Source: Gemmatimonadota bacterium (GTDB taxonomy: Bacteria > Gemmatimonadota > Gemmatimonadetes > Palauibacterales > Palauibacteraceae). From it: a stretch of DNA of 64,000 nucleotides. The notes beneath the pieces were generated by a model. The model saw only the letters and a program-made list of their open reading frames with translations, did no database searches and had not been told where the DNA came from. Positions 1 to 10,395 of the stretch are shown piece after piece (positions within the stretch are counted from its first letter, which is position 1; each line of letters opens with the position of its first letter). A program made the position numbers and the translations under genes. Where the stretch lies: the NCBI GenBank assembly GCA_022825725.1, contig JAJDWE010000055.1:28919-92918 (forward strand), read 5' to 3'.

Positions 1-209
1 ACGTGCCTGAGACGAGGCACGCGCGACATGCGCCGGACGAACTTGAAGGGCGGCCCGTGGCCGCGCTGCGGGAAGTCGGCGGTGTCCGGCGCGTCCGGTA
101 CCGTGCTCTCGTCGAGCGGTTGATAGATGCCGTCCCGGTACCGGCGTCCCTCCTCGTCGCTCGCGGCGATCGCGTCCGGCGCCAGGGCCCCGGATCCGGG
201 TTCGTTCAA
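1..209 (-). CDS. Hypothetical protein, N-terminal part only (gene runs out of the window start)
   Basis: The minus-strand frame is open from a TTG at 209 to the window edge. It reads (L/M)NEPGSGALAPDAIAASDEEGRRYRDGIYQPLDESTVPDAPDTADFPQRGHGPPFKFVRRMSRVP. GC3 is high in this frame. The TTG overlaps the upstream gene's stop as TTGA. The plus ORF 3-272 looks like its antisense shadow. No family recognised. Confidence 0.35.
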   Translation of the reverse strand, partial: MNEPGSGALAPDAIAASDEEGRRYRDGIYQPLDESTVPDAPDTADFPQRGHGPPFKFVRRMSRVPRLRH

Positions 210-1021
210 GATGTGGGCGGGTCGAAGCGTCCCTCGGGCACCGTCTCGCCCGCGGCGACGTCCTCGAAGTAGATGAAGCGGCCTCCGCCATCGAGAAGCC
301 GGGTCATGGCGAACCGGATGTCGCCGACGGGCTCCCAGTCGGACCACCAAATGACGTCCCCGGGCGCCTCCGCCCGCCCCAGGTGATACTGCCAGGCGAC
401 CATCCGTCCGGACTCATCGAGGAAGCCCCAGTACTGGTCCTCGGTCACACCCAGGCCCTGGTCGAAGCCGAGGTGGATCACGTCGTAGACCTTGCCGTCG
501 GAGAGCGTGCGAGTGCCCTCATACGTGAGGTGCACGCCCGGGTCTTCCCACTTGTAGGGCATGATCGCCCAGTAGGTGTCGTTGATGAAGGCACCATAGC
601 CGCGCCGGAGCGCGGAATCCCGCGCGGCGCCGGCCAGCTCCTCGCCCCCGACCCACGCGCGTCCGGACGGAACCTTCTCGAGCTCGGCGTGCGGCTCGAC
701 TTCGTTCACGTTGAAGAGCAGGAGGTGGGACGTTCCGTCCTCCGCCCAGGCGACGCGATACCGTCCGTCGTACCGGTCCCACGAATGTTCGCGGTTTGCC
801 ACCACCTCGCCATCGCGTTCCACGATCCAGCGGAACGACAGGTATCGCGTTCGATCCCACGCCTCCCGTCCACCGAGACTTTCGGCGAGACGCGCGGCGT
901 GCATGGCCGCGGTGTTGTCCGGCGCCGCGGCCGCTGCGGCGGTCCCTCCGCCGTCTTCCTGCGCCCCGTCGGCACACCCGACGAACGCGGACACCGCCAA
1001 CACCACAATGGGTCTGTGCAT
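206..1021 (-). CDS. Putative lipoprotein, function unknown
   Basis: ORF 206-1045. The internal ATG at 1021 is preceded by GGAGAGG. The N-terminus MHRPIVVLAVSAFVGC has a lipobox (FVGC). The mature part is globular and Trp/Tyr-rich. No family recognised. Confidence 0.75.
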   Translation of the reverse strand: MHRPIVVLAVSAFVGCADGAQEDGGGTAAAAAAPDNTAAMHAARLAESLGGREAWDRTRYLSFRWIVERDGEVVANREHSWDRYDGRYRVAWAEDGTSHLLLFNVNEVEPHAELEKVPSGRAWVGGEELAGAARDSALRRGYGAFINDTYWAIMPYKWEDPGVHLTYEGTRTLSDGKVYDVIHLGFDQGLGVTEDQYWGFLDESGRMVAWQYHLGRAEAPGDVIWWSDWEPVGDIRFAMTRLLDGGGRFIYFEDVAAGETVPEGRFDPPTS

Positions 1022-1108
1022 GGGACCTCTCCGGACGGGCTCCAAAAGCGAAGCCGGAAGCTAGTGTCGTGTCCCGGAAATTCGCCATGCGAGCACCGGA
1101 GACCGCTG

Positions 1109-3604
1109 TCAACCTTCGAACTCGAACTCGGCCTGCGAATCCTCGCCGGTTTCGCCGCGGGGAGGAGATCCGGCGCGCGCAGGGCGTCCCGAGTGCATCG
1201 GGTGTACCGCCTCGACCGCAACGCCCGCCGGCAGTCGCACGGCCGGGCGCCCGGCCTCGCGAGGAGAGCGACGGATCACGCTGGCCGCCGACGTCGCCTC
1301 CACGGAGCCATCGGACAGTTCCCACGCGACCTCGTCCGCGTCGTGCGCTTCGGTGAATCCCACGAGGCCGCCGGTCCGCTCTCGCTCGGGGAGGACGGTG
1401 AACCCCTTGCCCGCCCGTCCCTGGACCTTGAATTCCGTGAACGGAATGCGCTTTCCGTAGCCCGCGGCTGTCGCCACGAGCAGGTCTGAATCCGCGCGCG
1501 GAGCCGCTGCGGCGACTACGACATCGTCCCGCGCGAGGTCGATGGCTTTGACCCCGCGCGCCGTGCGGCCCATCACGCGGGTGGCGGACTCGGGGAACCG
1601 GATCGCCTGGCCCGACCGCGTCGCGAACAGGAGGTCCCTGCTCCCGTCGGTGACGAACGCGGCCGCGACCTCGTCGCCGCGCGCGATGCCGGCACCGATG
1701 ATCCCTGCGCTCCGGGCGTTCGCGTACTCGGACAGCGCCGAGCGCTTCACGTGCCCCCGTCTGGTGGCGATGACGAGGAACCGGTCATCGGCGAAGGTCT
1801 CCGCTGCGAGCAGCGCGACGATCTCGTCTCCCAGCTCCAGCTCGATGAACTCTTCCAAGTGGCGGCCCCGGGAACTCCGCGTGCCCCTCGGCAGCGCCGA
1901 GACGGGTAGCGCGTGCGCGTTGCCGCGGGCCGTGATCGCGAGGAGCGTATGCGCTCCCCGCGTCAGGAATGCGTGGCGCGCGAAGTCGCCTTCGCGGGCG
2001 GACAGCACTTCGGCGCCCGCCATCCCCCCGCCGGTCGCGGCCGGCTGCGCCTTCACGTAGCCGCCGCGACTCACCAGCACCAGCTGCGGCTCGCCCCCGC
2101 CACCCTTCGACAGCCGGAACTCCGCGTCATCGTCGAGGATCTCCGTCCGCCTGGGGTCGTTATAGCGGAGTGCGAGTTCCCGGATCTCGTCGCGCAGGAA
2201 TCCCCGCCGGGCCGCCTCGTCCTCTACGAGCGCGGTCAGACGCGTGATCTCCTCTCGCAGCGTCTGCAGTTCCTCCGCCAGCCTGTCCCGCTCCAGACCC
2301 GTCAGTCGGACGAGCCGCATCGCAAGAATCGCGTCCGCCTGCCGCTCCGTGAGGTTGAACGCCGCGAGGAGTGCCTTCCGCGCGCCTGCCGGCGTCTTCG
2401 AGCCGCGGATGATGTCGATGACGCGGTCGATTTCGTCGAGCGCCGTCCGCAGCCCCTCGACGACGTGGGCGCGGTCCCGGGCGCGGTCGAGGTCGTGCGC
2501 CGCGCCGCGGCGGATCACGGAGAGGCGGTGGTCGATCCACGTACCGAGGACTGTTCTCAGGTCCAGCTCCTCGGGCTTGCCATCGACGAGCGCGAGCATG
2601 ATGACGCCGAACGTGTAGCGGAGCTGCGTCTTCTTGAACAGGGTCGCGAGCACCTTCTTCGGCTTCGCGTCGCGCTTGAGTTCGATCACGAGCCGGATCC
2701 CGTCCCGGTCCGACTCGTCGCGCAGGTCGGTGATCGCGTCCGCCCGCCCGGCGCGCACGAGCTTCGTGATCTGCTCAATGACGCGCGTCTTGTTCACCTG
2801 GTAGGGAAGTTCCGTGACGATCAGCGAACTCTTACCGAACCGACCTTCCTCCAGGTGGACCCTCGCGCGCATGTCGAGTCGTCCGCGCCCGGTCCGGTAG
2901 GCGGACTCGATGCCGGCCCGGCCCTGGATGTATCCGCCCGTCGGGAAGTCCGGCCCGGGCAGGCGGGCGAGCAGCTCGTCGCTGTCGCAATGCGGGTTCG
3001 CGACGAGGTGGTCGACCGCGGCGAGGAGCTCCCCGGCGTTGTGCGGCGGGATCTTCGTCGCCATGCCGACCGCGATCCCGTCGCTGCCGTTCAGCAGGAG
3101 GTGCGGCAGCCGACACGGCAGAACCACCGGTTCGGTCAGGCGCCCGTCGAAGTTGGGCCGCGTGTCGACGGTGTCGCGCTCGATGTCGGCGAGGAGGTCC
3201 ATCGCGACCGGCGTCATCCGCACTTCGGTGTAGCGGTAGGCAGCGGCCGAATCGCCATCGATCGAACCGAAGTTCCCCTGACCGTCGATGAGCGGATAGC
3301 GCAGCGAGAAATCCTGGACCATGCGGACGATGGTGTCGTACACCGCGCCATCCCCGTGCGGGTGATACCGGCCCAGCACGTCGCCCACGACCGTCGCGCT
3401 CTTCTTGTGCGGGCGCGAGGGGCGCATCCCCTCCTCGAGCATCGCGTACAGGATTCGGCGATGAACGGGCTTCAGACCGTCGCGGGCATCGGGGAGCGCG
3501 CGCTGCACGATGACGCTCATGGAGTAGTCGATGAACGACTCGCGCATCTCCTGCTCGAGCGCGCGGCGTTCGATGCGTTCGTGCTGCAGGGTGCCTTGCG
3601 TCAC
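1109..3604 (-). CDS. Type IIA topoisomerase subunit A, GyrA-like (GyrA-box degenerate; ParC-type role possible)
   Basis: N-terminal motifs: [71 protein letters not shown] (catalytic Tyr). A beta-pinwheel C-terminal domain with repeated blades follows. The region aligned to the GyrA box reads [12 protein letters not shown] instead of QRRGGKG. Confidence 0.93.
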   Translation of the reverse strand: MTQGTLQHERIERRALEQEMRESFIDYSMSVIVQRALPDARDGLKPVHRRILYAMLEEGMRPSRPHKKSATVVGDVLGRYHPHGDGAVYDTIVRMVQDFSLRYPLIDGQGNFGSIDGDSAAAYRYTEVRMTPVAMDLLADIERDTVDTRPNFDGRLTEPVVLPCRLPHLLLNGSDGIAVGMATKIPPHNAGELLAAVDHLVANPHCDSDELLARLPGPDFPTGGYIQGRAGIESAYRTGRGRLDMRARVHLEEGRFGKSSLIVTELPYQVNKTRVIEQITKLVRAGRADAITDLRDESDRDGIRLVIELKRDAKPKKVLATLFKKTQLRYTFGVIMLALVDGKPEELDLRTVLGTWIDHRLSVIRRGAAHDLDRARDRAHVVEGLRTALDEIDRVIDIIRGSKTPAGARKALLAAFNLTERQADAILAMRLVRLTGLERDRLAEELQTLREEITRLTALVEDEAARRGFLRDEIRELALRYNDPRRTEILDDDAEFRLSKGGGGEPQLVLVSRGGYVKAQPAATGGGMAGAEVLSAREGDFARHAFLTRGAHTLLAITARGNAHALPVSALPRGTRSSRGRHLEEFIELELGDEIVALLAAETFADDRFLVIATRRGHVKRSALSEYANARSAGIIGAGIARGDEVAAAFVTDGSRDLLFATRSGQAIRFPESATRVMGRTARGVKAIDLARDDVVVAAAAPRADSDLLVATAAGYGKRIPFTEFKVQGRAGKGFTVLPERERTGGLVGFTEAHDADEVAWELSDGSVEATSAASVIRRSPREAGRPAVRLPAGVAVEAVHPMHSGRPARAGSPPRGETGEDSQAEFEFEG

Positions 3605-3681
3605 TGCCGTGCCTCCTCTTCCGCCTCAACCATCCTCGTCATCATCATCCCGCGCCGGCCCCGGCCGGCGGGACCCTGGTG

Positions 3682-4158
3682 CTACTCACACAGCAGGTCG
3701 GCCGTCGCGCGCTGCGCTTCGGAAGGTGTCGCGGGCATGGCGATCAGGAAGCCCTTGCGGTTCGCCGCATCGGGCAGATGGATCAGCATGGGACCCGTCG
3801 GGAACGGGTCCGGCGCGCGCGCCGCGAGTCCTTCCTCCGAAATCGTGAAGAGGCTTCCGGGCTCCAGGCGGGAAGCGAGCCACGCCCCATAGGAAAGCCA
3901 CGCCGCCAGCGCCTCTCCGCCCCCCGCCACGCCTTCCACCTCCGACCGGTAGCGTGCGACGGCACGCTCGTAGGCTCCCGCATCGCGGGTCTTCAACCGC
4001 CGAAGGAGTGGCCGGTAGAGGGGTTGTACGTCCTCGATCCCGTGCTCGGCCAGCGCCTGCGCGTAGGTCTCCGTCATCCCATCCTCTCCGTCCACCTGGT
4101 GTGGCGTCGCAGAATCCGCCACACTGCCCCGCGCGTCCGTTTCACGGGTCCGCCACAT
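3682..4158 (-). CDS. Hypothetical protein
   Basis: A 158-aa ORF with high GC3. The more likely start is the internal ATG at 4077 (MTETYAQALAEHG), which is preceded by GGAGAGGA. No family recognised. Confidence 0.6.
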   Translation of the reverse strand: MWRTRETDARGSVADSATPHQVDGEDGMTETYAQALAEHGIEDVQPLYRPLLRRLKTRDAGAYERAVARYRSEVEGVAGGGEALAAWLSYGAWLASRLEPGSLFTISEEGLAARAPDPFPTGPMLIHLPDAANRKGFLIAMPATPSEAQRATADLLCE

Positions 4159-4189
4159 TCACATGTCCCGGGGCGTCCGCCCGCGGGGA

Positions 4190-4435
4190 TCAGTCGTTAT
4201 GGGCCAGTTCGTACTCCCGCTGCGCTCGCGTGCGTTCGCTCCCGAGCTTCGCGTCGCGTTTCTTCGCCGCGGCGAGCGACCGTTCCCTGCGGGCATCGGA
4301 GTGGACGCGTGGGAGGGAGATGAGTCGGTCCAGCTCCGCACTCCCGCATGAAGCGCACGCGGGCGTCATCGACCCCCTCACGAGGAGTTCGAACTCGTGT
4401 GAGCACTCGCGGCACCGGTACTCGTATATCGGCAT
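4190..4435 (-). CDS. FmdB-family zinc-ribbon protein (CxxC...CxxC)
   Basis: MPIYEYRCRECSHEFELLV....CASCGS is the classic N-terminus of the FmdB/CxxC_CxxC_SSSS putative regulatory zinc-ribbon family. 81 aa. Confidence 0.85.
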   Translation of the reverse strand: MPIYEYRCRECSHEFELLVRGSMTPACASCGSAELDRLISLPRVHSDARRERSLAAAKKRDAKLGSERTRAQREYELAHND

Positions 4436-4600
4436 GGCCCCTCCAGTCGCGCGGTACTCCGCAGCATGCTTTTCAACGGTCTCGCGGGCAAGTCGCCCCC
4501 TGCCTCACCGATCCCCCGCGCGGTTCCGGCTTTGACAGACTCCGACCGCCGGTCGGATAATGCCGGATCGCTACCCGGATCCGCACCGAGAGAAGACTCC

Positions 4601-7423
4601 ATGCCATACGCATCGCGCACCTGCGCCCCCTCGACGATCGTGCTCGCGCTCCTTGCGGCCGTACTCGCGCCGTCAGCGCCCGCCCATGCCCAGGACGGAA
4701 CGCGTGATGACGATGCGGAGACCGTCATCAACACCCCCGGGCACCCGCTGCTCCAGGGGTTCCGGTGGCGGTCCATCGGCCCGACGGAGCAGGGCGGCCG
4801 CGTCGACGACCTCGCGGTCCACCCCGAGGACACGCGGATCTTCTACGTCGGCTTCGCGACCGGCGGCCTGTGGAAGACGACGAACAACGGGACGACATTC
4901 GAGTCGATCTTCGACAGCTACGAGACGCACTCCATCGGCGCCCTCGCCCTCGCGCCCTCCGATCCCGAGGTCCTCTATGTGGGCACCGGGGAGGCGAACA
5001 ACCGGCAGAGTTCGTCCTTCGGTTACGGGGTCTACAAGAGCACCGACGGCGGCGCCACGTTCGCGCACATGGGACTCCGGGAGACGCAGAGCATCGCCCG
5101 CGTCCTCGTCCACCCGACGAATCCGGATGTCGTTTGGGTAGCCGCGGTCGGCCACCTCTTCGGCCCCAACGCCGAGCGCGGCGTCTTCAAGTCCAGCGAC
5201 GGAGGGGAGAGCTGGCGTCACGTGCTCGCGGTGGACGAGGACACCGGCGCGACGGATCTCGTCATGGACCCTTCGGATCCCGACGTCCTGTTCGCCTCCA
5301 CCTATCAGCGTCGACGCAACGTCTGCTGTTTCGTCGGCGGAGGGCCGGGAAGCGGAATCTGGCGGTCCGGGGACGGCGGAGAGAGCTGGTCGCCCGTCGA
5401 GGGAGGCGGGCTGCCCGCCGGCACGCTGGGCCGCATCGCGCTCGCCATGACGCCCGCCGACCCCGATGTCGTCTACGCCCAGATCGAAGTCGCCGCGGAT
5501 CGTGAGACGCCGCTATCCGAGGAGGAGCAGGACGAATGGCGCAGGCTCGCGAGAGTCGATTCCCTCCCTCCCGACCCGCAATGGTCCGGAGTCTGGCGCT
5601 CGGCGGACAAGGGCCGCACGTGGGAGTTCCGGAGCAACGAGAACGGACGCCCCATGTACTTCAGCCAGATCCGCGTCTCCCCCGAGGATCCGGATCTCGT
5701 CTATACCGTGGATCAGCGGGTGTCGAAGTCGCGCGACGGCGGCCGCACCTGGGAGGTGCTGAGCGGGTACGGTCACGTCGATCAGCACGCCGTCTGGATC
5801 AATCCGGCCGACCACGATCACCTCGTGATCGGCAACGACGGGTCGGTCGATGTGAGTTGGGACCAGGGCGAGACCTGGGAGGCGCTGCGGCCGTGGGCCG
5901 TCGGGCAGCCCTATCACGCCTCCGTGGACATGCGGCGCCCCTACTACGTGTGTACGGGCCTTCAGGACAACGGAAGCTGGTGCGGGCCGAGTTCCGTGCG
6001 CTCGGGGCCGATCCTCTCGGAGGACTGGTATCGCGTCGGCGGCGGGGACGGGTTCTACACGCAGGTGGACCCGACGGACCCGGCGATCGTGTTCGTCGAA
6101 TCCCAGAACGGGCGGCTCCGGCGCGTGGATCTGCGCGAGGGCGTCACGCGACCCATCACGCCCCAGGCTCCGGATGAGGAGGATCCCGCGGACACGAACA
6201 TCGCCCCCGCCCCGTCGCCGGACACCGGGATCCGGTGGAACTGGAATACGCCCTTCCTCCTCTCCCCGCACAACCCGCGCACGCTGCATGCGGGCGGCAA
6301 CCGCTTCTTCACGTCGCGCGACCGGGGAGAGACGTGGACGATGAGCCCGGACCTCTCGAAGGACATCGACCGGGACGCCGAGGTTCTGATGGGGGTGGCC
6401 AACCGCGTCCCGCGATGCAACCAGTTCGAACGCGGGACGGAGTGCACCCTGTCGCGCAACGACGGCGTCTCGATGTGGGGCAGCATGACGTCCATCGCCG
6501 AGTCGCCCATCGTCCCGGGCCTTCTCTGGGCCGGGACCGACGACGGCAACATCCAGGTGAGCCGCGACGGCGGGGCGACGTGGACCGAGGTGAGCCGGAA
6601 TCTCCCCGGCGGTACGACGCGGCACTACGTGTCCCGGGTGGAAGCCTCGCACGTGGATGCGGCGACCGCGTACGTCTCGATCGACGGGCACAAGAACGAC
6701 GACCTGCGCCCCTACGTGTACGTGACCCGCGACTACGGCGCGACGTGGGAGGACATCACGTCGAATCTGCCCTCGTTCGGAAACGTGAACACGGTCCGAC
6801 AGGACCCGCGGAATCCCCGCCTCCTCTATGTGGGCACCGAGTTCGGCTTCCACGTCTCGTTCGACGAGGGCGGCACATGGCACGATTTCATGCCGGGCCT
6901 GCCCGTGGTCCGCATCGACGACGTGCTCGTCCACCCCCGCGAGAACGACCTTGTGCTCGCGACACACGGCCGCAGCATCTACGTGCTCGACGACGTCACG
7001 GCCCTCCAGGCGATGACCGACAGCATCCAGGCGAGCGACGCACACCTCTTCGACCCGCGTCCCGCCGTCCTCTGGAAGAACGACATCCAGCGCCGCCGCT
7101 CCCTCACGGGCGACAAGAACTGGACGGGCGAGAGCGCCCCCGCCGGCACGATGATCCAGTACTACCTGGGCTCTCCGGCCGACGTGTCGATCGAGGTCTC
7201 GGAACTCGCCACGGGGAGAGTCGTGCGGGACCTCGAGGGGACCGGCCGGCCGGGCCTGAACCGCGTCGCCTGGGATCTGCGCATGAACCCGGGCCTCCAG
7301 AATCAGGGCGGGGCCGGACTGCCCGTGTCCCCGGGCATGTACCGCGTGACGCTGACGGTGGGGGAGGCCACGCGCTCGGCGCTGCTGGAGGTGCTGGAAG
7401 ACCGCTGGCTGCAGGCGCCGTGA
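4601..7423 (+). CDS. Exported BNR/Asp-box repeat protein (sortilin/VPS10-like, glycosyl-hydrolase-like beta-propellers)
   Basis: The signal peptide MPYASRTCAPSTIVLALLAAVLAPSAPAHAQ starts at ATG 4601. About ten Asp-boxes (SxDxGxTW/F) are present: STDGGATF, SSDGGESW, SGDGGESW, SADKGRTW, SRDGGRTW, SWDQGETW, SRDRGETW, SRDGGATW, TRDYGATW, SFDEGGTW. Confidence 0.9.
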   Translation: MPYASRTCAPSTIVLALLAAVLAPSAPAHAQDGTRDDDAETVINTPGHPLLQGFRWRSIGPTEQGGRVDDLAVHPEDTRIFYVGFATGGLWKTTNNGTTFESIFDSYETHSIGALALAPSDPEVLYVGTGEANNRQSSSFGYGVYKSTDGGATFAHMGLRETQSIARVLVHPTNPDVVWVAAVGHLFGPNAERGVFKSSDGGESWRHVLAVDEDTGATDLVMDPSDPDVLFASTYQRRRNVCCFVGGGPGSGIWRSGDGGESWSPVEGGGLPAGTLGRIALAMTPADPDVVYAQIEVAADRETPLSEEEQDEWRRLARVDSLPPDPQWSGVWRSADKGRTWEFRSNENGRPMYFSQIRVSPEDPDLVYTVDQRVSKSRDGGRTWEVLSGYGHVDQHAVWINPADHDHLVIGNDGSVDVSWDQGETWEALRPWAVGQPYHASVDMRRPYYVCTGLQDNGSWCGPSSVRSGPILSEDWYRVGGGDGFYTQVDPTDPAIVFVESQNGRLRRVDLREGVTRPITPQAPDEEDPADTNIAPAPSPDTGIRWNWNTPFLLSPHNPRTLHAGGNRFFTSRDRGETWTMSPDLSKDIDRDAEVLMGVANRVPRCNQFERGTECTLSRNDGVSMWGSMTSIAESPIVPGLLWAGTDDGNIQVSRDGGATWTEVSRNLPGGTTRHYVSRVEASHVDAATAYVSIDGHKNDDLRPYVYVTRDYGATWEDITSNLPSFGNVNTVRQDPRNPRLLYVGTEFGFHVSFDEGGTWHDFMPGLPVVRIDDVLVHPRENDLVLATHGRSIYVLDDVTALQAMTDSIQASDAHLFDPRPAVLWKNDIQRRRSLTGDKNWTGESAPAGTMIQYYLGSPADVSIEVSELATGRVVRDLEGTGRPGLNRVAWDLRMNPGLQNQGGAGLPVSPGMYRVTLTVGEATRSALLEVLEDRWLQAP

Positions 7424-7444
7424 GACGGCGCGAGCGAGCCGCGG

Positions 7445-7463
7445 GGCCGGCTATCCGCCGGCC
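7445..7463. terminator. GC hairpin between convergent genes (possible bidirectional terminator)
   Basis: GGCCGGC-TATCC-GCCGGCC: a perfect 7-bp stem with a 5-nt loop. It spans the rho stop codon and lies 22 nt after the BNR gene stop. No flanking T-tract. Confidence 0.3.
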
Positions 7464-8701
7464 ATCGAGTCGAGGAACTCCTGGTTCGTTTCCGTGCGCT
7501 GCAGCCGCTCGATCATGAACTGAATCGCCTCGGCCGGCGGCATGTCGGAGAGGAAGTTCCGCAGCAGGTACATCCGGTTGAGTTCGACCTCGTTCAGGAG
7601 GAGTTCCTCCTTGCGCGTGCTCGAGCGGTTGAGGTCGATCGCGGGGTAGATCCGCTTGTCGGAGATCTGGCGGTCCAGGAGAACCTCGCTGTTCCCCGTG
7701 CCCTTGAACTCCTCGAAGATGACCTCGTCCATCCGACTGCCCGTCTCGATGAGCGCCGTCGCGATGATCGTGAGGCTGCCGCCCTCTTCGATGTTCCGCG
7801 CCGCGCCGAAGAACCGCTTGGGCCTGTGGAGCGCGTTCGCATCCACGCCGCCGGAGAGGATCTTGCCCGAGTGGGGGACCGTCGTGTTGTAGGCCCGCGC
7901 GAGTCGCGTGATCGAGTCGAGGAGGACCACGACATCGTGCTGGTATTCGACGAGCCGCTTCGCCTTCTCGATCACCATCTCCGCCACCTGAGTGTGGCGG
8001 TCCGCGGGTTCATCGAAGGTGGATGAGATGATCTCCGCCGGAACGTTCTCCTCCATGTCCGTGACCTCTTCGGGCCGCTCGTCGATGAGGAGCACGATCA
8101 CCTTCGCGTCCGGCTGGTTCTCCACGATCGCGTTCGCGATCTTCTGCAGCAGGATCGTCTTCCCGGCCTTGGGCGGCGAGACGATGAGGCTGCGCTGCCC
8201 TTTGCCGATCGGCGCGATGAGGTCGAGAATCCGCATCGACACGTCGCCGTCTTCCTGCTCGAGGACGAGCCGTTCCTCCGGATACCGCGGTCGCAGGTTG
8301 TCGAACGCGATCCGGTGCTTCGCCTTGTCCGGGTCCACGCCGTTCAGCGTCTCCACCTTCAGCAGGGCGAGGTAGCGCTCTCCCTCCTTCGGCGGCCGCA
8401 CGCGGCCCTGGATGGTGTCTCCCGTCCGCATGTCGAAGCGCTTGATCTGCGACGGGGAGACGTAGATGTCGTCCGGGCCGTACAGGTAGTTCCAGTCCTG
8501 GCTCCTCAGAAAGCCGTAACCCTCCGGCAGAATCTCGAGGACGCCCTCGCCCCGGAGGACGATGTCGGAATCGAGGAGATTCTGCTCGATCCGAAAGATC
8601 AGGTCCTGTTTTCGAAGGCCCGAGAAGTTGTGAATGTCGAGTTCTTCGGCCATGTCATGAAGTTCGCCGATCGACTTCGACTTGAGTTCGGCGATGTCCA
8701 T
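7451..8701 (-). CDS. rho: Transcription termination factor Rho
   Basis: N-terminus [23 protein letters not shown] (Rho N-terminal domain). RNA-binding OB region. Walker [10 protein letters not shown]-terminal [28 protein letters not shown]. The start is assigned to ATG 8701 rather than the upstream ORF extension. Confidence 0.97.
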   Translation of the reverse strand: MDIAELKSKSIGELHDMAEELDIHNFSGLRKQDLIFRIEQNLLDSDIVLRGEGVLEILPEGYGFLRSQDWNYLYGPDDIYVSPSQIKRFDMRTGDTIQGRVRPPKEGERYLALLKVETLNGVDPDKAKHRIAFDNLRPRYPEERLVLEQEDGDVSMRILDLIAPIGKGQRSLIVSPPKAGKTILLQKIANAIVENQPDAKVIVLLIDERPEEVTDMEENVPAEIISSTFDEPADRHTQVAEMVIEKAKRLVEYQHDVVVLLDSITRLARAYNTTVPHSGKILSGGVDANALHRPKRFFGAARNIEEGGSLTIIATALIETGSRMDEVIFEEFKGTGNSEVLLDRQISDKRIYPAIDLNRSSTRKEELLLNEVELNRMYLLRNFLSDMPPAEAIQFMIERLQRTETNQEFLDSMAGG

Positions 8702-8884
8702 CGCCTTCCTCCGGAAGAGAGTGAGCCGGGCTGCAGTCATGCCGCGTGCGGCATGATCGGTTCGTGAGGTGTCCTGCTTGCGGCCGGGGGATGTGGTCCG
8801 AGGTGGACCCACCGACCATAATGGTGCCGCCGGGCACGGTCAAGGCGACCGCGCCTCAACGATCACTGCGACCCTCGAGCGCCG

Positions 8885-9239
8885 GATGGCCAGACACAAT
8901 CGCGAAGGAAGAGGACTCGACCAGCTCGGCAATCTCTGGCGGATAAGCTATCAGCCCGACTGGTTCCGTTTGTTGAAGTTGTCGCGGCCGGTGCCCGGCG
9001 GGCGCCGCTCCTCCCGCACGCTGTGCCGCAATCCGGCGCGTACGGCGGACGCGGAACCCGGCCGATCCGTGCGGACGCGGATCACGGCTGCGGATGGGTC
9101 CGTCGACGTGGCGGTCTCCATCGAAGACCGCGACCAGGTCGTCGACCATGTCATCATCGGGATTCGCCGAAAGCGCGGCAGGAAGACGGAACTGCTCAAG
9201 TTCGCGGTCCACGGCGGCCTTCCGAAGCGGAGGCTCTAG
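8885..9239 (+). CDS. Hypothetical small basic protein
   Basis: Lies within ORF 8769-9239. GC3 is clearly highest in this frame from about 8930 onward. The competing minus ORF 8856-9212 has its third positions on this frame's first positions. The start is uncertain. No family recognised. Confidence 0.45.
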
Positions 9240-9254
9240 GAGGGCTACGGACGG

Positions 9255-10238
9255 CTAGAAGACGCGGACGCGCAGCCAGCGCGACGGGTTGTAGCCGAGA
9301 TCTTCCGCCAGTCCGGCGGCCGCCGTGCGCAGGGCGGCGAGTTGACGTCGGATTTCCTCATCCATCAGCGCCCGGCCCGCCGTTCCCTCGCCGCGGTCCA
9401 GCCGCTCGGTGATCGCCGAGAGTCGCGACATCACCGCGTCCAGCGCCTCGAGCGTCGTTTCCAGATTCTGAACGGCGCTCGCCATTTGGGGCGCGGCCTC
9501 CCAGGTCGCCAGCCGTCCATGCACCCGTCGCGCCGCCGCGCTCACGAGCGTGTCCGTCGCGAGCCCGACGAGCGAGGAGCGCCGAAGGTCTAGCTGGAGC
9601 AGTTCCTCCAGCGACTCGAGACTGCCTTGCAGTCCGGCCAGCGTGCCCGGATCCTCGCGAAAGCGGGCGAGCGAGCCCTGGTCCGAACCAAGCACGTCCC
9701 GCGCCTCGGTGGCGTCGACTTCGAGCGTGCGCACCGCCTGTAGCAGCGAATCCGACAGCGCCATGACCGTCTCCGGATCGATCGGCGGACCGGAAGCCCG
9801 CAGCGTGTCCGCGTAATTCCAGGGGGGCGCGGAGCCCGAGCCCGGGTTCACGGAGAGGACGACGGGCGCCACGAGATCCGATGGCCGGACGTCCGCGGTG
9901 GCATCCGCCCGCAAGATGGGCTCGGCGACCCGGTCGATGACGGCGTCGATGATGACGTGGCTCTCGAACGGCCCATCGCGGTCGCTCTCTTCGGGAGGCT
10001 GGAAAGAGACCGACAGGACGCGCCCCACCGCCCTCCCCGCCACCCAGACCGCGGAACCCGGCCCGAGCCCCTCGGCCGAATGGGCCAGCGCCGTGATTCG
10101 CGGGCCCTCGAGCGTCGCGCGGACGATGAGTTCGATGACGGAGACTGCGGCCGCAAGGACGATCGCGCAGGCAGTCAGGATCAGGCCCCGTCGGGCCCGG
10201 GTGCGCGCGGCGTCTGAAGTGAGGTCCGTTCGGATCAT
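9255..10238 (-). CDS. MCE/MlaD-family protein (orphan, no MlaE/MlaF neighbours)
   Basis: N-terminal TM helix (GLILTACAIVLAAAVSVIELIV). MCE-like core GSAVWVAGRAVGRVLSV. Typical C-terminus GEGTAGRALMDEEIRRQL...DLGYNPSRWLRVRVF. Confidence 0.8.
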   Translation of the reverse strand: MIRTDLTSDAARTRARRGLILTACAIVLAAAVSVIELIVRATLEGPRITALAHSAEGLGPGSAVWVAGRAVGRVLSVSFQPPEESDRDGPFESHVIIDAVIDRVAEPILRADATADVRPSDLVAPVVLSVNPGSGSAPPWNYADTLRASGPPIDPETVMALSDSLLQAVRTLEVDATEARDVLGSDQGSLARFREDPGTLAGLQGSLESLEELLQLDLRRSSLVGLATDTLVSAAARRVHGRLATWEAAPQMASAVQNLETTLEALDAVMSRLSAITERLDRGEGTAGRALMDEEIRRQLAALRTAAAGLAEDLGYNPSRWLRVRVF

Positions 10239-10395
10239 CCCTGAGCAAACCCACTTCCGGTCGCGGCGTCAAGGTGGGACCCGCCAGTTCGGGCGGTGGG
10301 GGAGATGCGGTTTGAGGCGACCCCCTCGTACCGGAGATTCGCGTGCCTTGTTGCGCCCTGCCGCGCCCATTCACGCATCACAAAGGAGAGGAACC

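Noticed and set aside
3-272. Plus-strand 89-aa ORF at the window start.
   Set aside because: GC3 is poor relative to the minus frame. It overlaps the 3' end of the lipoprotein gene and the better-looking minus-strand partial ORF (1-209).
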